Below are positions 1-8,024 of a stretch of DNA of 64,000 nucleotides, piece by piece. Source of the DNA: an uncultured Bacteroidia bacterium (GTDB taxonomy: Bacteria; Bacteroidota; Bacteroidia; Bacteroidales; ML635J-15); NCBI GenBank assembly GCA_902800045.1, contig CADCCZ010000002.1:332131-396130 (forward strand). Direction: 5' to 3'. A program made the position numbers and the translations under genes. Within the stretch, counting starts at the first letter, position 1. Every line of letters starts with the position of its first letter. The notes beneath the pieces are model-generated. The model saw only the letters and a list, made by a program, of their open reading frames with translations, made no database searches and had not been told where the DNA came from.

Positions 1-372
1 TTAACAATAACTTAAATGCATTTTGATTAATTTTTAATTCAAGTTGATAACTATACGATTTTGATAATGTCCCCTTTGAAAAAAAGCTGCAAAAAAGGCA
101 AAAAAATCGCAGAAAATGTTTGGTCGGAGAGAAAGATTTGAGTACTTTTATGGGCTGCAAAAATGATGCAGGAGATTGAGTTTTGAATTTTGGGATTTGT
201 TCCCGTAAATAAAAGAAACACAGAGACTTATCGTTAGTGTTTAGGATGATGTCAATGATGTTTTGGTTTGAAAATTTTTTTGAAAAATTATTTTTTTAAG
301 AAGTTTTCACGATCTCGTGCCGTCTTGCAACAAATTTATATTGTTTAACGAAAAATAAAAGGATACGGTCTA

Positions 373-1800
373 ATGACAACAAGAAACTGCGAAGAGGTTT
401 GGGCAAAATGCTTGAAGATTATTCAAGACAATTTAGCAAAGGTTGCATTTAACACATGGTTTGCTCCTATAGTTCCGGTAGATCTCAAAGGAAGCCAACT
501 CACTATACAGGTACCTAGCACATACTTTTACGAGTATCTCGAAGAACATTATCTGGAACTTATGGCAATGACGTTGCACAGGGTAATCGGTCCCGATGCA
601 AATCTTGAATATAGGATTGTAGTAAGCAACGACCAGAATGCCGGCAGAACCGTAACCGTGGCTATGCCTTCGAACCATGTTCCTAAGTCAATGCCAAACG
701 TATCGACTTTGCCACGCAAGGGTGCCGACGAACCTCTCAACCCGTTTGCAATACCTGGCCTCAAGAAAATACAGATAGATCCGCACCTTAACCCCGAATA
801 CACATTCGAAAACTATGTGGAGGGCGAATGCAACCGTCTGGCACGCGCAGCTGGTTTCGCAGTGGCTGGCAATCCTGCTGGAACGTCATTCAACCCGTTG
901 TTCATTTATGGAGGCTCGGGACTCGGAAAGACTCACCTTGCAAATGCAATAGGCCTCGAGGTTAAGAAGAATTTCCCCGACAAGGTTGTATTGTACGTCG
1001 ATGCAAACAAGTTCCTCACCCAGTACATGCAGGCAACTCGCGACAACAACCGCAACGACTTCATCAACTTCTACCAGATGATCGACGTGCTTATCCTCGA
1101 CGATGTACAGTATTTTGCCGACAAGCAGGGAACTCAGGAAGTATTCTTCCAGATATTCAACTACTTGCACCAGCATCAGAAACAGCTTATCCTTACTTCC
1201 GACAAGGCTCCCGTCGATTTGAACGGAATGGAAGAAAGATTGTTGTCGAGATTCAAATGGGGATTGGCTGCCGACCTGCAGGAACCAGACTTCGAAACTA
1301 GAATAAGGATACTAAAACGCAAAACCTACAAGGACGGTATCGAAATCAAGGAAGAAATCCTCGAATACATTGCATCGCACGTAACAAACAACGTTCGCGA
1401 ACTCGAAGGCACTCTTATTTCGTTGCTTGCTCAGGCAACATTGAACAAAAAGGAAATCACCCTCGAACTCGCAAAGGGCATGATCGACAAACTTGTCAAG
1501 AACACCCAGCGCGAAATTTCAATCGATTACATACAGAAGGTCGTTTGCAACTACTTCTCGATGTCAGTCGATGTGCTTAGCAGCAAGACTCGCAAGCGCG
1601 AAATCGTTCAGGCCCGCCAAATTGCAATGTACTTCGCAAAGAACATGACAAAGTGCTCGTTGGCAATGATTGGAAACGCCATCGGCAACAAGGACCATGC
1701 TACAGTACTTCACGCATGCAAGACCGTGAACAACCTTATCGAAACCGACAAGGCATTCAAGCAGGACCTCGACGAAATAGAAAAGAGATTGAAGATGTAA
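373..1800 (+). CDS. dnaA: Chromosomal replication initiator protein DnaA
   Basis: 475 aa. Walker A GGSGLGKTHL, AAA+ sensor region VRELEGTL, and C-terminal DNA-binding helix DHATVLHA. Typical DnaA length and layout. Confidence 0.97.
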   Translation: MTTRNCEEVWAKCLKIIQDNLAKVAFNTWFAPIVPVDLKGSQLTIQVPSTYFYEYLEEHYLELMAMTLHRVIGPDANLEYRIVVSNDQNAGRTVTVAMPSNHVPKSMPNVSTLPRKGADEPLNPFAIPGLKKIQIDPHLNPEYTFENYVEGECNRLARAAGFAVAGNPAGTSFNPLFIYGGSGLGKTHLANAIGLEVKKNFPDKVVLYVDANKFLTQYMQATRDNNRNDFINFYQMIDVLILDDVQYFADKQGTQEVFFQIFNYLHQHQKQLILTSDKAPVDLNGMEERLLSRFKWGLAADLQEPDFETRIRILKRKTYKDGIEIKEEILEYIASHVTNNVRELEGTLISLLAQATLNKKEITLELAKGMIDKLVKNTQREISIDYIQKVVCNYFSMSVDVLSSKTRKREIVQARQIAMYFAKNMTKCSLAMIGNAIGNKDHATVLHACKTVNNLIETDKAFKQDLDEIEKRLKM

Positions 1801-1821
1801 ATCTAAGTTAATAACAAAAAC

Positions 1822-1842
1822 GGGGGCTTGCCCCCTTTTTTT
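1822..1842 (+). terminator. Rho-independent terminator after dnaA
   Basis: GGGGGcttgCCCCC hairpin followed by TTTTTTT, directly before the ATG at 1843. Confidence 0.7.
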
Positions 1843-2715
1843 ATGGTCTGGATAATCCTCTGTGCAATATCATACATAGGCATTTTCGTAATTTTCAAGC
1901 TTATCGACACGTTTAAAGCTCCGCTGTTAAACGCTGTGGTTGTCAACTATCTTACAGCCACGATACTTGGATTTGCAATATTCGGCTCTTTCCCGGCAGG
2001 ACAAATAGTATCGGCAGGATGGTTTCCTCTTGGCTTATTGCTAGGATTCCTATTCATTGTTACATTCCTGCTGATGGGCATTTCGTCGCGAGAAACAGGC
2101 ATAGTGATTACCACCGTAGCAAGCAAGATGTCGCTGGTGCTGCCAATGACCTTTTCTATAATTGCATACGGTGAAAGCATTTCGTTCACAAAGATTGCAG
2201 CCATAATACTCGCAATTGTTTCGGTTTTTTTGTGTACCTACCGCCCTGCCGAACAAAAGTCCAAGTCGAATATTTGGAAATTACTGTTGCCAGCAATCAT
2301 ATTTTTGTTCATGGGAACCAACGACTCGCTGGTCATATATTCGCGTGAAGAATTCGGCATTACAGACGATGCAGCATTATTTACTGCCACATTGTTCGGA
2401 ATATCAATGATTTGTGGGCTTGTGTATTCTATTGTCAAAAGAAACGTCTTGAAAGATTTTCTCAATGCAAAAGCCTGGTGGCTGGGAATTCTGCTCGGCT
2501 CGTTCAATTTCGGTTCGGTTTACTTTGTAATCAAGTCGATGAATACAGGAATTATTTCAACCTCATCGCTTTACGGCATTTGCAATACCTCTACGATTTT
2601 ACTCTCAATAGTCATCGGAGTCGTATTTTTCAAAGAAAAACTTAACAAACTTAATATTGCAGGAGGTGTACTTGCCTTGCTGACAATTGTCCTTATGGCC
2701 TTTGCTGACAAATAA
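1843..2715 (+). CDS. Polytopic inner-membrane protein, DMT/EamA-like permease
   Basis: About 290 aa and almost entirely hydrophobic, with about 10 predicted TM helices. The ATG at 1843 is preferred over the TTG at 1828, which lies inside the dnaA terminator. Confidence 0.5.
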   Translation: MVWIILCAISYIGIFVIFKLIDTFKAPLLNAVVVNYLTATILGFAIFGSFPAGQIVSAGWFPLGLLLGFLFIVTFLLMGISSRETGIVITTVASKMSLVLPMTFSIIAYGESISFTKIAAIILAIVSVFLCTYRPAEQKSKSNIWKLLLPAIIFLFMGTNDSLVIYSREEFGITDDAALFTATLFGISMICGLVYSIVKRNVLKDFLNAKAWWLGILLGSFNFGSVYFVIKSMNTGIISTSSLYGICNTSTILLSIVIGVVFFKEKLNKLNIAGGVLALLTIVLMAFADK

Positions 2716-2775
2716 GCAGCGAGTTACACCTTTTTTTTCACCGCCCTACATGCTTTTAGCATGCAAATGTGAATG

Positions 2776-3264
2776 TTATTTCATCCGCAAATAGCAGTCC
2801 TTGAAATCCTTGAACCGCTCCATCCAGTGGCGTTCTCGTTCTCGTGTAAACTCGTCGCGCTCGATGGTGGAGTAGTCGTCGAACTGATGCAGAATCTGGA
2901 AATTGCCGTCGTCGTGATGCTGTGCGGCAGTGAGTTCGGCAAGCGGTGAATCGGGCTGCTGACCTATGTGGTGTAGTTCGTACGGGTCGCCATTCTCGTC
3001 GTGAGGTGGGTAGCCTTCGCCCATAAGGTCGGCATTGCACCAGTCCCAGTATTCGGGATGCTTGTGTCCGTACCAGTTGCGGCAGTTGTAGGCCTCGCCG
3101 ACGATTGTCGGATTAAGCAAGGCGGCCTTGCCGTTGACGCGACCTTCCTTAAGTCCTGCCGAAATATAAACATTTGCTTCGTCCATGTCGCGGATGTAGT
3201 CAACTATTGCCGACGACCAGCTGGTTCGAAGCTTTAGTGTCATTTTTTCTAAGGTTGATAACAT
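2776..3264 (-). CDS. Stand-alone HNH/EndoVII-fold nuclease, LHH-type toxin-like domain
   Basis: The C-terminal half contains PYELHHIGQ...LAELTAAQHH...GNFQILH, resembling the LHH clade of HNH/EndoVII nucleases from polymorphic toxin systems. Possible ATG starts are 3264 or 3243. The TTG-extended ORF to 3378 runs through a tandem repeat and is unlikely to be coding. Confidence 0.5.
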   Translation of the reverse strand: MLSTLEKMTLKLRTSWSSAIVDYIRDMDEANVYISAGLKEGRVNGKAALLNPTIVGEAYNCRNWYGHKHPEYWDWCNADLMGEGYPPHDENGDPYELHHIGQQPDSPLAELTAAQHHDDGNFQILHQFDDYSTIERDEFTRERERHWMERFKDFKDCYLRMK

Positions 3265-3290
3265 ATCTAAGTGTGATTTAATATTATTTG

Positions 3291-3350
3291 TGGTTGTTTG
3301 AAGTTGTTTGAAGTTGTTTGAGGTTGTTTCGGATTGTTTGAGGTTGTTAG
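3291..3350. repeat. About six tandem copies of a 10-bp unit GTTGTTTGAR, plus one inverted copy at 3371-3385
   Basis: Read directly: ggttgtttga agttgtttga agttgtttga ggttgtttcg gattgtttga ggttgttaga. The inverted copy cacctcaaacaacc lies 20 bp further on. The array sits between the DUF1232 stop (3421) and the nuclease start. Confidence 0.85.
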
Positions 3351-3420
3351 ACCATTTCAAACTTATAAACCACCTCAAACAACCATAAACTTTGAATTAT
3401 TGAAATTATAACCAATAGAT

Positions 3421-3729
3421 TTATGCAAACAAATTTGCAATTCCGACCACCACAAGTGCAATAATTGCGATAATTAAAATTCCAAGCACTATCAGAACCC
3501 ATTTGATGCCCTTGACAATCTTTGCAAGGTGCTCGTTGGACTCTTTGAGGTACGACTGGATAAGATTTAAGCCGCCCGTTACTGTAATCAGTATATCGTC
3601 AACCCATCCTGCAACGGGAATGACATCGGGCAAAATATCAACAGGCGATATGGCATACAATACAGCGATTACGCCCCAAATCCACGCACCAACGTGCGAT
3701 ACTTCTCTTTTTTCTAAATCTTCTGACAT
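3421..3729 (-). CDS. DUF1232 (YkvA-like) small membrane protein, copy 1
   Basis: DUF1232 signature YAISPVDILPDVIPVAGWVDDILI plus a C-terminal TM helix. The ATG at 3729 lies 2 bp after the stop of the upstream zinc-ribbon ORF. Confidence 0.8.
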   Translation of the reverse strand: MSEDLEKREVSHVGAWIWGVIAVLYAISPVDILPDVIPVAGWVDDILITVTGGLNLIQSYLKESNEHLAKIVKGIKWVLIVLGILIIAIIALVVVGIANLFA

Positions 3730-3731
3730 AT

Positions 3732-3938
3732 CTATTTCCTTTCTTCCATTTGTTTCCAAATATCTTCGTAAGTTGACTTGCTCAGGAACGACATTAATCC
3801 CCACGGCATAGTCCTTATGCTCTGGCAGTGTGGACAAGGCTGTGGAACCGAAAGCACAGTGGCGTTCAGTTCAATATCGTCTGCGCGAAATTTTTCGCCG
3901 CATTCGGTACATTTGAATATTCTTTTTCCTCTAATCAT
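3732..3938 (-). CDS. Small zinc-ribbon protein (CxxC...CxxC)
   Basis: 68 aa with KCTECGEKF and PCPHCQS cysteine pairs. Tightly coupled to the downstream DUF1232 gene. Confidence 0.55.
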   Translation of the reverse strand: MIRGKRIFKCTECGEKFRADDIELNATVLSVPQPCPHCQSIRTMPWGLMSFLSKSTYEDIWKQMEERK

Positions 3939-3963
3939 AATTCGTGCGTTTTTAAATTCATTA

Positions 3964-3998
3964 CAAAAATATCACTTCAAATTGCCAAAACTTGGCAA
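3964..3998 (-). promoter_or_regulatory. Bacteroides-type promoter with palindromic operator TTGCCA-N5-TGGCAA
   Basis: On the minus strand, TAttTTTG (-7 box, 3964-3971) lies 10 nt downstream of the palindrome ttgccaaaacttggcaa (3982-3998). The same layout is seen at 5881-5915. Confidence 0.5.
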
Positions 3999-4090
3999 TG
4001 GAGAAAATAGTTTCAGCAAATTTCCAAGACTATATGATAGCGTGGCAACAACTCTGTTTTATATTTGCAACCGCCATTACAGTAACGACA

Positions 4091-5395
4091 TTACATATCC
4101 TCAAGCGAAAGTCCCACGAACTCAATATTCCAATTGCGGTGCTTGGCGACTATGTCAATAGCCTTGTCTTTCAGTGTATTAAGGTTTATTCGTTTTGCTT
4201 GTCGCTTACATTCGGCCACGACCAAATGCTTGTCAACTTCGTTAACTGCAATCATATCTATTTCATTTCCGCCACCCTTCCAATAGTTGATAATTATGTT
4301 ATAGCAGCCCTTTTCGGCATATAGCTGATGAAAATAACGTTCAAGCACAAATCCCGAAAATGTATCATAGTCGGCAAACACCTTGTCCTGCACATATTCA
4401 AGATTACCAATCTCAATGGCGCTACGATACTTATGGACAAATCTAAACCAAAATGTCAGAAAGTTATCGCGAATAAAATATTTCACACTGTGGGTGTTTG
4501 GCGACTGCATATAGGCTCTGTGCCGATTCAACAGGTTGTAGTTCTTTTCTAGTTTGTCAAGGTAACCGCCTGGCTCAATTCCCGTAACATTCTTGATGTT
4601 GCCACGTTCCGTATTTCCATCTGCAATAGCCTGAAGTATTGAAAAATAATTGGAATACTCCTTGCCAAATTCATCGCGAAGCATTTCGTAACCTTCGGTG
4701 ATGAAATACGACCCGAACGAAAAAACCGAACGAATCATATCGTCTTTTGTAAAAGCATTGTCCATAACCAATTGCTCAACATACTTTGCAACACCACCTG
4801 TGAGCATATAAAGCGTAAGAAGGTCATCGGAATTATAGTTTGGGTTTCCATCGGCAAGTATCTCTTTCAAGGTAGATATCTTGAAAGGCTTCAAATTGAT
4901 TCGACTGGTTGCCCTGCCATATAGAGGTTCCTTGGAATCGTCGAAAATCTTTGTCATCATCGAGTAAACCGAACCGCAAAGCACAAGATTCAGCTTGCTG
5001 TCGTCCTTATTGGCATCCCAAATATTCTGGATGTCGGAAAAAAGGGCAGGATTGGCATAGTTTAGATTCTGAAATTCGTCGAGCACCAATGTGAAGTTAA
5101 TGCGCTTGGATAGGTTCATTATCGCATTGAAAAGTCGCGAAAACGATGAAAAATCTCCAATATCCTCATTCAGTACATAGCGTACATTCTCGCAAAGTTC
5201 GGCACAAAGCATGGCTTCGCTCTTGCGTGTTACAAAGAAGTAAACGAAAGGAATCTCGGCAAACGAATGCCTAATCAAAGATGTCTTTCCAATCCGCCGT
5301 CTTCCAGTTACTACTGTCATCTGTGCGTATTTTGCCGACTTCTTTTCAACACCTTTCAGAGTCTCAGTCTCTATCTCTCTGTCATAAAACTTCAT
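4091..5395 (-). CDS. AAA ATPase of the archaeal-ATPase/DUF234 family
   Basis: FYDRE start, Walker A GRRRIGKTSL, Walker B LVLDEFQ, LYGR, and DNFLTFWFRF. The C-terminal nuclease-like DUF234 region has EIDMIAV...AECK. Confidence 0.85.
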   Translation of the reverse strand: MKFYDREIETETLKGVEKKSAKYAQMTVVTGRRRIGKTSLIRHSFAEIPFVYFFVTRKSEAMLCAELCENVRYVLNEDIGDFSSFSRLFNAIMNLSKRINFTLVLDEFQNLNYANPALFSDIQNIWDANKDDSKLNLVLCGSVYSMMTKIFDDSKEPLYGRATSRINLKPFKISTLKEILADGNPNYNSDDLLTLYMLTGGVAKYVEQLVMDNAFTKDDMIRSVFSFGSYFITEGYEMLRDEFGKEYSNYFSILQAIADGNTERGNIKNVTGIEPGGYLDKLEKNYNLLNRHRAYMQSPNTHSVKYFIRDNFLTFWFRFVHKYRSAIEIGNLEYVQDKVFADYDTFSGFVLERYFHQLYAEKGCYNIIINYWKGGGNEIDMIAVNEVDKHLVVAECKRQAKRINLNTLKDKAIDIVAKHRNWNIEFVGLSLEDM

Positions 5396-5535
5396 AATTT
5401 ACAATATTTTACAATTGCAACCGTTGTTACTGTAACAGCTGTTGCAATTTGATTGACAATGCAAAAATATTATTTATTATTGAAATGTGGTATAGAAAAA
5501 ATCAAAAAATGAAAGTGAAGGATATGCAACTATTT

Positions 5536-5853
5536 TTAAAATAACTTTTCACACACTACCACAACAGCAAGCGCAATGACAACCAATGGTGCAAATCCTA
5601 TCACTATCCACTTGATGCGCTTAACCATCTTTGCAAGTGCTTCGTTTTTCGGCATCAGGTACGACTGGACAAGGTTGATGATGCTTATTGCCACTACAAG
5701 TATATCGTCCACCCAGCCGTATGGGGTAATGACATCTGGAATGAAATCCAGCGGTGCAATTGAGTACAATACGGCTATCGCAATCCAAAGCCACGCGCCT
5801 GCGTGTGGCGAAACGCTCTTTCCTCTCGATAAAATTTCTGTTTTGTTGGTCAT
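5536..5853 (-). CDS. DUF1232 (YkvA-like) small membrane protein, copy 2
   Basis: YSIAPLDFIPDVITPYGWVDDILV plus a C-terminal TM helix. By eye about half the residues are identical to copy 1. ATG at 5853. Confidence 0.8.
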   Translation of the reverse strand: MTNKTEILSRGKSVSPHAGAWLWIAIAVLYSIAPLDFIPDVITPYGWVDDILVVAISIINLVQSYLMPKNEALAKMVKRIKWIVIGFAPLVVIALAVVVVCEKLF

Positions 5854-5880
5854 ATCTTTGTTGTTTTTAGTTTGAGAGGA

Positions 5881-5915
5881 CAAAGGTATGGGGGAAGGTT
5901 GCCAAAAGGTGGCAA
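5881..5915 (-). promoter_or_regulatory. Bacteroides-type promoter with palindromic operator TTGCCA-N5-TGGCAA
   Basis: On the minus strand, TAccTTTG (5881-5888) lies 10 nt downstream of the palindrome ttgccaaaaggtggcaa (5899-5915). Spacing and sequence parallel 3964-3998. Confidence 0.5.
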
Positions 5916-5933
5916 TGCTTGGGTGAGATTTAG

Positions 5934-5964
5934 AAAAAAGCCACCGCAAATAATATGCGATGGC
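5934..5964 (-). terminator. Rho-independent terminator after the dynamin operon
   Basis: Minus strand reads GCCATCGC-tattattt-GCGGTGGC followed by TTTTTT, 9 bp after the stop at 5973. Confidence 0.6.
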
Positions 5965-5972
5965 TATAGAAA

Positions 5973-8003
5973 TTACAATAGAATCTTATTGATTTCGGTA
6001 GTTTGCGTTTCTATTGTTTCAATATTAGATTTTAACGAAACAAGTTTCTGATTAATCTCTCCGATTCTCTTTTCCTTGTCAGTTTTCTTACCCTTACATT
6101 CTTTTATTTGTTCTTTCAAAGGATTGATAAGACCATCAATGAATTCTTCTTTAACAAAGTTAATAATCTTGTCTTTTTTGTCTAATATCCTGTCAAGTAA
6201 TGGATCTGGATCAAAAGATGTACTAATATCAGATATGTTGCGTTTCACATCATTTACAATAGAACCATGAGAGAGAGCATTAATTATTGGTCTGAATTCC
6301 CAGAAAACACTTTTAAATATAATTTTAATTATTCCATCATCATCTAAAGCAGTTATGTCTTCGTCAAAAAGATTCTTGCTGTCAATATCCATGTCTAGTT
6401 TTGTTGTAACATTCTTAATGAATGATTCCGAATCGAAGTCTTCAATATTATTGTCAAAAATAATCTGAACATCATCAAAGAATGCTGATATTGTTGATTT
6501 CAGCTTTCGTTCGGTATTTTGACTAAGGTCCAATAAGGTTCTTGGTAATCGCCTTTTTTTCAGGTAGTCTAGTTCATTGTCCAATTTAGTGCTTAGATTT
6601 TCTGATCTTTCAAACCTACCCCAAGCGTCCACAATACTATTCATTTTTTGGCATGAAGCATCTACAATATCTTCTAAATCGTTTTTACCTTTTCTGATAG
6701 TTGCCTTAAAGTCAGATTCCAAATCATCACCAAGACTATTTATCTTTCTGTTCAGACGCCTCTCCGCCTTTTCAAGTTTTTCTTCTCTTTCTTCTAGTTC
6801 GGAATCAGGCAGATTCAAAAGTTTCAATTCGTTTTCAAGCAAATCCTTTTCCTTTATAAATTCCGTTTTTTTGCTTTGACCCGCAGCTTTTATTGCATTT
6901 AATGGTTTTGCTATCAATATCGCATTTTTCTCCTTATCAATCATATCCTGTATTGCACGAATAAGGTTGTCAATGTGGCTTCTTTGCCTCATTTCCGATT
7001 GCGATGATATTTCAAAATTACCGCAATGTCTTTTCCAGATGTCACTATAAATGATGTCGGAAGAAATTTTACTCATTGGTATTTCGGAAAGAAGTGCCAT
7101 CTCTGCCGACAATGTGATTGGAGTGGTTTCCTTAAGTATGCTATTGATAGTATCGTCACCCAATTCTTGACTGGCCTTTCTGATTTCTCGCGAAACATAG
7201 TTTATAATATCGTCTTCCGTATCTCCATTATTATATGGAATGTCGTATTTATTAATACCTATGAGAACTTTTCCTATTCCGCATGATTTTACATTCTTGA
7301 ATAGAATATCCCTGTCCGTAGAATCAAATGGACGTCCTGCATACAACATAAGCAGAACGACATCCGCCTTCTTCAAAAAATCCTTCGTGCGCTCTTCACG
7401 AGAGACAATAGGGTCGTTAAACCCTGGAGTATCAACAATCTCTACGCCCTTGAGATATTCCTTCGGATAATATATTGTAACGGATTTTGTTATCGAAACA
7501 TACTTTCCTTCTGCACCAACATATTCTACAAGATTTTCAAAGTTATCTTCTTGTGTTTTGCCAAGATATTTTTCAACATTCAGTCCCGATGATTTCTCAA
7601 CAAGTTCTTTAGCTGCTTTTATCTTTGATTTTTCCGAATCGCTTAAATTTTCCTCATTAGGATTACGGCTGGCTGTCATTTTCTGCTCGTTCCACTCATT
7701 GCTGTTGTAAAACTCGGCAACTATTCTCTTGCGTTCCCCGTATGTGATTACCGACAACGCCGCTGTCATTGGCGTTGTTGCTGCAGGAAGAACATCATCC
7801 TCGAACACAAATGAATTCAAGAAAGTTGATTTTCCACATTTCATCTGACCAATAACTCCGATACATAAAGTGTCGTTGTCAAGTTTTTCTATTATCTCAT
7901 TTTTGCGTTTTTCGTCAATCCATCCATATTTGTTCGCTTTTTCTGCAAGCGACTTCAGATTTTCTTTTTTTTGCCTTATTTCTTCAAAAAAATTCTGTGC
8001 CAT
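5973..8003 (-). CDS. Bacterial dynamin-like GTPase (DLP-3), soluble with a long helical stalk
   Basis: G1 GQMKCGKST, G3 DTPGFND and G4 NKYD, followed by about 400 aa of helical, charged sequence. Confidence 0.85.
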   Translation of the reverse strand: MAQNFFEEIRQKKENLKSLAEKANKYGWIDEKRKNEIIEKLDNDTLCIGVIGQMKCGKSTFLNSFVFEDDVLPAATTPMTAALSVITYGERKRIVAEFYNSNEWNEQKMTASRNPNEENLSDSEKSKIKAAKELVEKSSGLNVEKYLGKTQEDNFENLVEYVGAEGKYVSITKSVTIYYPKEYLKGVEIVDTPGFNDPIVSREERTKDFLKKADVVLLMLYAGRPFDSTDRDILFKNVKSCGIGKVLIGINKYDIPYNNGDTEDDIINYVSREIRKASQELGDDTINSILKETTPITLSAEMALLSEIPMSKISSDIIYSDIWKRHCGNFEISSQSEMRQRSHIDNLIRAIQDMIDKEKNAILIAKPLNAIKAAGQSKKTEFIKEKDLLENELKLLNLPDSELEEREEKLEKAERRLNRKINSLGDDLESDFKATIRKGKNDLEDIVDASCQKMNSIVDAWGRFERSENLSTKLDNELDYLKKRRLPRTLLDLSQNTERKLKSTISAFFDDVQIIFDNNIEDFDSESFIKNVTTKLDMDIDSKNLFDEDITALDDDGIIKIIFKSVFWEFRPIINALSHGSIVNDVKRNISDISTSFDPDPLLDRILDKKDKIINFVKEEFIDGLINPLKEQIKECKGKKTDKEKRIGEINQKLVSLKSNIETIETQTTEINKILL

Positions 8004-8024
8004 AATATTTGTGTGTTGCTTAAA

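Noticed and set aside
3265-3378. N-terminal extension of the nuclease ORF (the 200-aa version starting at 3378).
   Set aside because: The extension starts at a TTG and is simply the translation of the 10-bp tandem repeat (KQSETTSNNFKQLQTTTNN). The internal ATGs at 3264 and 3243 give a more plausible protein.
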